The notes under the pieces were generated by a model. That model did no database searches. It was not told the DNA's origin and saw nothing but the letters and a program-made list of their open reading frames with translations. The position numbers were made by a program, and so were the translations under genes. A stretch of 64,000 nt of DNA from Catajapyx aquilonaris (lineage: Eukaryota): assembly GCA_000934665.2 (NCBI GenBank), contig KZ538126.1:1-64000 (forward strand), given 5' to 3'. Shown piece by piece: positions 56,901 to 64,000 of this stretch. The stretch's first letter is position 1; the number at the start of each line of letters is the position of its first letter.

Positions 56901-59900
56901 AAATGAAAGTATTTTTAGTTGAGTTTTTCACGTATTATTTTAACATTGGTTAAATTGCCTGAAAAATAAATTTATCGAAAAAATCATGCAAGTCGTCTTT
57001 AAGTCATTGTAATTCAGAGTTTAACTCGGTTTAACTTCTTAATATGTTTTACCCAGCACATGAGCATTGAAATTAACATTCAGTTTGTTGCAAAAATTAG
57101 GTCAAGTTCTCTTCATACTCTGTATGTATTTTTGTCACTGGCATATATACGTTTTACCGCTTGTTTTTCCCCACTGGAAATCGACCCTAAACATTTTTTA
57201 CTACCCAATAATGTTGCCTTGACTGTATTTCTGTTGGAATATGTGACCTGAAATAATGCGACTGAAACATCTCCAGAGAAAACATCTGCCGGAATCCGTA
57301 CCTGAAAAAATGCGACACCTTGGGTCTGGCAGAGCTAGGGACAATGTGTGACAGGTACAACAGTTGCGCCATTGTCCAGGACAATGGTCTGAGCGCTGCT
57401 TTTACCATCGCGCACGAGCTGGGGCACGTGTAAGTACATGTCTGTAACTTAAGGGGCTTTTAGTTAAATGTCGTAATGTCACACGCTTCTTTCCCGATAG
57501 GTTGAACATGCCCCATGACGACGACTCCAAGTGCCAACAATTCTTGGGCTCCGGCCACGTCCACAATGTCATGTCTCGCATGTTGGACCACAACACCAAC
57601 CCATGGTCGTGGTCCAATTGCAGCAGGCATTTCCTGACCGAATACTTGGAGTAAGTATGAGTGGTCCGATTTCAAGGCTCTCTTTAAATACGTGGAATCC
57701 GTTTTTTTCTCTCAAGTTGCGAACCGAAATGCAAAATAATTCCTACCTTTTTTTCTGAAAAGGGCTGTTAGTTTCGATCAAAACTATATAATATCGCAAT
57801 GGTGACGTCCTGATTAAACATCTCGATGAACATGTTTGTTTTAGTTAACAGAGTTTCCAGAAAAGTAAAGACTATTCCCAGAATGCAAAGTGTGCTCCGA
57901 AAAACTAAAAGTCCCTTGATTCCGCATTCCATGAACACAGCGCGGGCTTCGGCGAGTGCTTGAAAGACAGGCCGTCGACCAATTACATCGAGAACCGAAG
58001 CAGCCTCCAGCTTCCAGGAGAAGCCTTCTCTAAGGACACCCAGTGCGAACTTGTGTTCGGGGACGGATCCAACATCTGCTCCTATATGGTGAGTAAGACC
58101 GACAGGAGCATGTTGGGTTTCCTGTTTCCAGTCAAAGATGTGCCAGCAGTCCTCTCTGTAGCCAGTGTGCAAGAGTCTGTGGTGCACCACCACGGGGGCT
58201 GAAGAGCAAGTCGGTTGCCGTACACAGCACATGCCCTGGGCAGACGGAACCACGTGCGGGCATGGATACTGGTGCCAGAAGGGAAACTGCGTGCCAAAGA
58301 ACATGATGGCTCTCAGGCCCATCGACGGAAGCTGGGGACGCTGGCAAAGGTATTGCTGACGTATACATACTGATGTCTCAATTCTGAAACACTCCATATA
58401 CAGCGGGTGGCTCATCAAGTTGTAATTAAACAGGTGGTGGGTGACTATTAGTCGTGTTGTTGTAAGTGCAGCTTTTCATGCAGCAATGATGTGAATAACT
58501 TTATCCTGGACATTAGACTTCCTGGAGAACATATCAGTAGCGCGTGTAGCTCTGCAGTGTTAGGATAAGTGTCAGGCAGTATTACAGAACACTGCATCAT
58601 CCAAATCTTAAATATGTAACACATCTTTTGTATGGTACTGCACAGTGTGTGTCATAGTCATTCAGACAAACTTCTAAGATGGACAGATGATCACTATTCA
58701 GATGTAAAGCCTAAAAATTAATCGGAATCGACCAAAACATATGGATGCAACGAGGAACTTGTTAGATGACGTGGTAAAAGTACTGCACATCATGGCAACC
58801 TAATTATTTTTTCTGCTTCTGTCAGTTGGGGCGAATGTTCCCGTACATGCGGGGGAGGAATCAAGAAGTCACACCGAGAGTGCGATAATCCTGCTCCGGC
58901 CAATGGAGGCAAGTATTGTCTGGGTCGAAGGGTTCGATACAGATCGTGCAACACCATGGAATGCCCACTGGGGTCCAGGGAGTTCAGGGAGGAACAATGC
59001 TCCGCTTTCGACGACAACAACTTCACCATACAAGGTCTGCCACGGGACGTCAAATGGGTCCCTAAGTACGCCGGAAGTAAGTAGTGGGGACGTTACGCAA
59101 AGACTGCGAGACACGTATGAAACCGGCAGGTCTTAACGAGCGATTTTCATTACACAGTTAGCCCCAAAGATCGGTGCAAGCTGTTTTGTCGAGTCCAGCA
59201 ATCCAGTGCTTATTACCTGCTAAAGGAAAAGGTAATAGACGGAACTCCTTGTGGCGTGGACACTTACGACGTGTGTGTCAACGGAGCCTGTCGCCCTGCA
59301 GGTTGCGATCATATCATGGGGTCGAGACATGCATTGGGTAAATACTTATGATTTGCACTCTGGGTAGTGTGTAAAATGTTAATTTTTGCAGATATGTGCG
59401 CAAAGTGCGGTGGTGACAACAGCACCTGCCAGATGATCACTGGGTCTTACAATGAGTCTCACTACGGTTATAATCAAGTGTTGCGGATCCCTGCTAGCTC
59501 CTCAAACATCGAAATTTTACAGTATGGCTTCGGTACATCAAGCAAAGACGACAACATCTTGGGTATGGAAAAAATTGATCTTTTTCATAATTATATGGAT
59601 GATGATGGCATATCTTTTGTGCATCATTACAGCTCTTATGGACGGAGAAACATATGAATACATACTCAATGGAAATTATCATGTCAGCATGTGGCGAAAG
59701 ATTATACATTATGCCGGAACGGTCATGGAATATTCAGGATCCGATGTTATAATAGAAAGGATTAATACAACACGACCTCTGCAAAAAGACCTCCTTGTTC
59801 AGGTAAGTGCATATAGGTACCATAATACGTCAGGTAATTGCATATATAGTTATGCACTTCTTTCACTGTAAATCTTTTAATATGTTTAATTCTAATGATC

Positions 59901-62900
59901 CCAATTCGTATATTTTTACAGGTTTTGACAGTGGGAAACTTGTACCCTCCTAACATTCACTACCGGTACGTCATGTCGCTAGACGAAACTGTCCAGTACA
60001 TGTGGGAAATCCAGATGCAATGGTCATTTTGCGATAAAATATGCGGTGGTAAAAAGCTACATTATTTTACTTATCGCCATCTCCAGACAATTCCACATAA
60101 GTTAAAAGTAATCACGGTAACTTTTCTTTCAGGACAACGCCACAGAAAGCCAGTGTGCATACGACTACACGATCGTGAAGAGGTGCCCAGCAAACACTGC
60201 GAAGAGAGCAATGTCCCTGCAACTCAGACAGAACCTTGCAACACGCACTGTACTCTCAAGTAAGTTGCTGCGAGCTTCATACACAAGCCATTAGCTGGTT
60301 GTTCCACTCTATAAGGTCTGGTCATACGAAATTGAATAAATATGGCATAATCTAATATTTTCCTCTTAATTTGAATTGAATGCTGCTAACTTCATCAATT
60401 CGTCACTGTTTCAGATGGCAAGTGGCTCACAGGTCGCAATGTTCAGCCTCATGTGGAAGAGGCCACAGCACCCTCACAGTTCAATGCGTCCAGGAATTTG
60501 GGGACGGACAAAAGCCAATAATTCACGACAAGTACTGTGAACACATTCCCAACCGACCCCCAGACGTGGAAGAGTGCGAAGGAACATGCGATCACTTTAA
60601 TTGGATGTACGGTGACTGGTCCCAGGTATAATTTATTTTTTTCTCCTCCTACACCTAACGTGTGTGAGCCATTCGTGATCTTATCCCTTCCAAAAAAAAA
60701 CACCTTACATCACAAGAATGCCGACTCACAATATTCTGACACTTTAACTCGTGGTCTTGTTTGGAGGTATAACAAAACCACAACATATCCTACCCCCCCG
60801 ATTTACAGTGTAGCAAGACTTGCGGTGGTGGCATGCAAACACGCACAGCAACGTGTGAGAATGATTTTGGTGTGGTCGTACCCGACTCTGAGTGTGTCGA
60901 GAGCGAGAGACTCACTAACCAAGCGTGTGGTACTGAAGATTGTCCTCGGTGGGAAGTTGGAGATTGGACCCCGGTGAGCCAATATTTTACGTGCTTCACC
61001 CTCTTGATTTTAAAAAAGAAATAGCTTTTGACTTGCATGGCTGCAGATGCATGAACTAGCCATTGTGTTTTTTTTTTTTGCACAAAACTTAATTTTTGCG
61101 ACGACAAAGGTAAGAAGCCTTGCTCGCTGTTTGCAGTGCTCAGTAACTTGCGGCTCGGGCGAAAGACGCCGGCCATATTGGTGTCAGATTGGCCAGAAAA
61201 TGGTGTCTACTGCATTTTGTCACCCAAAACAACAGTCGCCGAGACACGCCGAAGTGTGTGAGATGCCGCCGTGTGCCGGTTGGAAGTATGACGAGTGGAG
61301 TGAGGTACAGTGTACGACACTGGTTTCAGAGCTTTGTGGTCATGACGTTTTTTGTTTTGTTGTGTGCTCCTATCCCCCATACCCTTTTTCTATTATTTTT
61401 CTCAAACCCCATGCTTTTGTGTGCCAACAATTTTGCATGTGCCGGACCATTTCTTTATATTTCTAGTGTTCCGTGTCTTGTGGAATTGGTGAGCAGGTTC
61501 GTGTTGTTGGCTGTCATGATTCCGATGGACAATTTTTAAATCACACCGCATGCCTAATGCAAGAGAAGCCCGTTCTTTCTCGTGTTTGTATCCAACCATT
61601 GTGCCCCGAGGAGGATGTAAGTTTCATGTCGTAAATTATTTATTAAGAACTAAAAAAAAACAACCCAAAGACGGCGTATAATCACGCAGGATTATCCACT
61701 TTGATTATAATGATGATTTGTTATTTTCAGGGCAATGCAGTCATCAAGACAACGACCGGCTCGACAGTTCCTACCCAATCTAGTCCAAAGTGGTCGCCAT
61801 GGGTTCCCAACAAGTCATCGGGGAGAATTCCGGACAATTTCATTCCTGATTCTAACGATATCAATGCAATCGATATTCTTCCGGCGCCCAGAAAACACAG
61901 AAAACCACTGCGACCTCAAGATCCCTCATGGAAAGCTGAAGAATGGGGAGAGGTAAATATCAAACTGAAGACTGAGAGTAAACAAGCAAACAAAATGTAA
62001 CTCTTTTTATCTCCCCAAGTGTTCCGTGTCGTGTGGTGAAGGGATACAACAACGAACCATCATCTGCGTCGATCTCCATCACCTTCGCCGCATCGACGAC
62101 AAGTATTGCTCCAGTATGACCAAACCGATCAGCTACAAAGTTTGCGAAGAAGGCTACTGTGGCAAGTGGAAGATTGGCAACTGGTCACCCTGCTCCGTCT
62201 CTTGTGGTCAGGTCAGTTTCCAGCATCATGGAAACATTACTTGACCTTCCCTTAATATTTTTATGTATGTACACAGGGTCATGCGACAAGGCAGCTCGAG
62301 TGCATCCATGTCTTGAGTGACGTTTCTGTCCCGGAAAACCTCTGCCCAGAGCGCCCGGAAAGTGAGGAACTCTGCAATATGCCTGCCTGTGTTCATTTCA
62401 GCACAAATTCCATCACACCGCACTATGTTGTGGAGCAAAAACACTACTGGAGGACCGGACCATGGGGAAATGTACGTGTTCTTCGGTCGCTTTTATAACA
62501 CGAATCCGTAGTCCCAAGTAAACTAAAACGAATTGTTGTCTATTAGTGCTCCAAACCATGTGGAGAAGGTTATCGTCGGCGACAAGTGGTATGCACCCTT
62601 GCAAACGGCAACTTGTCCGCCAACTGTCCTCCTGAAGGAAGACTCATCGATACCATCCCATGCATCGAGAACCACTGCCCCAGGTGGGCATTTGGCGAAT
62701 GGAGCGAGGTAAAAATACACACACAAAAATGCCCCGGCAGCAAAGCAGCAATCGCCAGCAGTACTGCAATAAATCTGCTTTTCTACTTATATCTTACTAT
62801 AGTGTAACAAGTCTTGTGGAGGAGGATACAGATTCCGACAGGTTAGGTGCCACGATGTGGAGGACAACATTGTACGACTGGATTCATGCAAGCCCTCCCA

Positions 62901-62997
62901 GAGGCCTTTCGACATCCAAAAGTGCAATGAACATCCGTGTCCACCTCTAGACAAGAGAAGACGATACCGGTGGAAAACTTCACATATGTGGAGCCCG
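3578..62997 (+). CDS. ADAMTS9: ADAMTS9/20 (AdamTS-A / GON-1) subfamily metalloprotease, 24 coding exons, 1497 codons, 3'-incomplete
   Basis: All 23 introns are GT-AG with matching phases. Domains: prodomain, RRRR|S furin site, HELGHVLNMPHD zinc motif, disintegrin-like, TSR1, Cys-rich, spacer and a long TSR array with linkers after TSR6 and TSR8, as in ADAMTS9/20. The symbol denotes inferred orthology group only. Confidence 0.92.
4163..4192. repeat. Compound (CAC)n(TAC)n microsatellite
   Basis: Seen directly. Confidence 0.85.
4645..4780. repeat. Overlapping inverted repeats: 21-bp-arm hairpin (4645-4704) and perfect 82-bp palindrome (4699-4780)
   Basis: Arms checked by hand; palindrome centre at 4739/4740. 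Confidence 0.95.
7588..7707. repeat. Short imperfect direct duplication (~35-38 bp at 7588-7625 and 7673-7707)
   Basis: TCG.ACGACCAATATTT.TATAACA..CCTAAGCAAA occurs twice. Confidence 0.8.
18533..18990 (+). CDS. ADAMTS9: ADAMTS exon 2: prodomain (Pep_M12B_propep-like)
   Basis: CCCCTAG| acceptor; [47 protein letters not shown]; donor GTAAGT, phase 0. Confidence 0.93.
20584..20643. repeat. (AAT)20 microsatellite
   Basis: Seen directly. Confidence 0.95.
31287..31375 (-). repeat. Dispersed repeat copy A (homologous to 37864-37983), Helitron-like
   Basis: Shares CCACCAGAGGCGCTG..TCCCC..TGCGCA.G.GCAG..GCCAATC.GAAG.CTCGG.CA..ATTTTAATATTAT with copy B. Confidence 0.7.
32866..32919. repeat. (AAT)18 microsatellite
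   Basis: Seen directly. Confidence 0.95.
37864..37983 (-). repeat. Dispersed repeat copy B, with Helitron-like 5' end on minus strand
   Basis: Homologous to 31287-31375; minus strand begins A|TCTATAATATTAAAA. Confidence 0.7.
40896..41040 (+). CDS. ADAMTS9: ADAMTS exon 3: prodomain C-terminal part
   Basis: TTTTTTCCCCTACAG|; [25 protein letters not shown]; donor G|GTATGC, phase 1. Confidence 0.92.
41828..41842 (+). mobile_element. Solo PIF/Harbinger-like TIR
   Basis: TAA|GGCCCGGTTTACACT resembles a Harbinger/Tourist end; no complete partner TIR found. Confidence 0.25.
42681..43045. mobile_element. Foldback/MITE with ~150-bp imperfect terminal inverted repeats
   Basis: Left end CCTATAACATTCTCAGCTCAGAGTCAATTGCTCTTAACATT vs reverse complement of right end CCTATAAAATTCTCAGCTCAGCCAATTGCTCTTAGCATT. 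Similarity continues through TTGCCTA.CTTCCAGGATAT. No ORF, no clear TSD. Confidence 0.8.
47170..47313 (+). mobile_element. 144-bp non-autonomous Helitron-like element
   Basis: A|TCTTTATATATAAAAA 5' end; 3' hairpin CCACG-AGCA-CGTGG then CTAG|T; flanked by A and T. Confidence 0.5.
51669..51740. mobile_element. 72-bp TIR mini-element (hAT-like ends)
   Basis: CAGGGTGTCTAACAAACC vs reverse complement of right end CAGAGTGCCTAGCAACC; internal TTTCCAGGTT repeated; flanks GTTTTA / ATTTTA. Confidence 0.55.
56258..56424 (+). CDS. ADAMTS9: ADAMTS exon 4: furin site and start of catalytic domain
   Basis: TTTCAG|; [41 protein letters not shown] (RRRR at 56305-56316); donor GTATGT. Confidence 0.95.
56505..56734 (+). 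CDS. ADAMTS9: ADAMTS exon 5: catalytic domain
   Basis: [42 protein letters not shown] / GTAAGT. Confidence 0.96.
57277..57429 (+). CDS. ADAMTS9: ADAMTS exon 6: catalytic domain, HELGH
   Basis: [51 protein letters not shown]. Confidence 0.97.
57501..57650 (+). CDS. ADAMTS9: ADAMTS exon 7: third zinc His and Met-turn
   Basis: [39 protein letters not shown]. Confidence 0.97.
57941..58088 (+). CDS. ADAMTS9: ADAMTS exon 8: catalytic end / disintegrin-like
   Basis: [37 protein letters not shown]; donor GTGAGT. Confidence 0.95.
58162..58349 (+). CDS. ADAMTS9: ADAMTS exon 9: disintegrin-like and start of TSR1
   Basis: [41 protein letters not shown]. Confidence 0.96.
58826..59076 (+). CDS. ADAMTS9: ADAMTS exon 10: TSR1 and Cys-rich domain
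   Basis: [60 protein letters not shown]. Confidence 0.97.
59158..59337 (+). CDS. ADAMTS9: ADAMTS exon 11: Cys-rich domain
   Basis: [50 protein letters not shown]. Confidence 0.96.
59392..59562 (+). CDS. ADAMTS9: ADAMTS exon 12: Cys-rich end / spacer
   Basis: [35 protein letters not shown]; preceded by a 54-nt intron. Confidence 0.95.
59633..59802 (+). CDS. ADAMTS9: ADAMTS exon 13: spacer
   Basis: [37 protein letters not shown]. Confidence 0.95.
59922..60048 (+). CDS. ADAMTS9: ADAMTS exon 14: spacer end / TSR2
   Basis: [25 protein letters not shown]; donor G|GTAAAA. Confidence 0.9.
60133..60259 (+). CDS. ADAMTS9: ADAMTS exon 15: TSR2
   Basis: CTTTTCTTTCAG|; [26 protein letters not shown]. 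Confidence 0.9.
60415..60625 (+). CDS. ADAMTS9: ADAMTS exon 16: TSR3
   Basis: [29 protein letters not shown]. Confidence 0.94.
60809..60973 (+). CDS. ADAMTS9: ADAMTS exon 17: TSR4
   Basis: [32 protein letters not shown]. Confidence 0.95.
61137..61304 (+). CDS. ADAMTS9: ADAMTS exon 18: TSR5
   Basis: [32 protein letters not shown]. Confidence 0.95.
61467..61616 (+). CDS. ADAMTS9: ADAMTS exon 19: TSR6
   Basis: [26 protein letters not shown]; donor GTAAGT. Confidence 0.94.
61731..61952 (+). CDS. ADAMTS9: ADAMTS exon 20: S/T/P-rich linker and TSR7 Trp box
   Basis: [37 protein letters not shown]; phase 0 at both ends. Confidence 0.85.
62020..62211 (+). CDS. ADAMTS9: ADAMTS exon 21: TSR7 and start of TSR8
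   Basis: AAG acceptor; [39 protein letters not shown]. Confidence 0.93.
62277..62471 (+). CDS. ADAMTS9: ADAMTS exon 22: TSR8, short linker, TSR9 Trp box
   Basis: [42 protein letters not shown]. Confidence 0.93.
62547..62708 (+). CDS. ADAMTS9: ADAMTS exon 23: TSR9
   Basis: [32 protein letters not shown]. Confidence 0.95.
62803..62997 (+). CDS. ADAMTS9: ADAMTS exon 24: TSR10 and start of TSR11
   Basis: [41 protein letters not shown]; donor GTAAGG. Confidence 0.93.
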
Positions 62998-64000
62998 GTA
63001 AGGTATTCTCGGCGGTACAGCTAACATTCAACCTTTTACTAGCTGCAATAATTAATATTGTGGATGCTTCGGGTAAGTCTGGGTGCAAGTTTTCACGTGC
63101 AAGTTTCGTCGTCTGTTGTGGTCACCGTTGTGTTTATATACATAAAAAAAAGTGGGCCAATGATGGTTCATTGGTTTTTGTTGATATTTTTTCAGTTAAT
63201 TTTGTTGTCAGTGTTATGTAGCTGTGATACAATAACTAACCAGTGTTTCACTGAAGAAGACTTTTTATCTACGAACTCTTTACAACCTGGGCTTTATGGT
63301 GCTTAGCATGATTGTCTTGTTCTGTCATTGTGTGCATTTAATAATAATAATTTCTTATACTTGTATAATAGGCGTAATAACTGGTGTGTACAAGTCACGC
63401 ATTCGATGTCGCTTCAAGTTGTTCAACCTCCATGTTCAGTTTTTTAATACACATTTTGACTTATTAATGAGCCATCAGCAGTATTTTATATCGTCATGTC
63501 TAATGCAATAATTATACTGGATTACTCGTTTTTAACAAAAAAAAAGCAGAGCAAATTACTTTTGTACAGCCACATTCGGGCAATAAAGAATGTTTTGTAA
63601 ATTCTCAGCGAAGAGTACGGAAAGCATGCTGGGGTTTTATGTCTGCCACTGTTCACACTCGACACACAGAAACGGAGCCACATCTTTACTCCTTCTCACC
63701 ATTACTTACTCAATTTACCGCATCAAGTACTGCCTTATTGCAAAGCCCCTCCGAGCTCCACCCCATTTGAAACACCAGCTGCATCCGACTGCACTTTTTT
63801 GCTCTTTGTTTAATGTTGATGGATAGCTAAAGCATCTGTGGCGAGCGATGGCAGACATGCAGTGAGAGGTACTGTAATCAGTAGAGCGAGGCCTTAAAAT
63901 TGTTGCTCAAAGCCAAATCGGTCAAGGGGGGTCCACACAAAAAATTGCATAAAGAAGCAAAAGTCATCCATAGATCAAGGTGACTATAGTGTCAAAAGAA

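Noticed and set aside
57768..58418. 216-aa antisense ORF and other antisense ORFs over exons
   Set aside because: Shadow frames of ADAMTS coding exons.
63244..63306. Alternative terminal exon CFTEEDFLSTNSLQPGLYGA*
   Set aside because: Poor polypyrimidine tract and no TSR or GON similarity.

Overview
Eukaryotic genomic DNA, probably arthropod (inferred from the protein sequence and intron style). The window is essentially one + strand gene: an ADAMTS9/20 - AdamTS-A - GON-1 subfamily metalloprotease. I traced it by hand as 24 GT-AG exons with consistent phases from ATG 3578 to 62997 (4491 nt, 1497 codons). It encodes a hydrophobic N-terminus, prodomain, RRRR furin site, HELGHVLNMPHD catalytic domain, disintegrin-like domain, TSR1, Cys-rich and spacer regions, 9 further complete TSRs and the start of another. 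The 3' end, including the expected GON domain, is not in the window. Three large 5' introns (14.8, 21.9 and 15.2 kb) contrast with 20 short 3' introns. The window opens with the 3' part of a 5S rRNA gene or pseudogene. Intronic and intergenic DNA holds microsatellites, a perfect 82-bp palindrome with an overlapping hairpin, a foldback MITE, a 72-bp TIR mini-element and several Helitron-like remnants. I found no convincing nested gene, tRNA or CRISPR array, and no well-supported novel system. Most ORFs in the supplied track look spurious.
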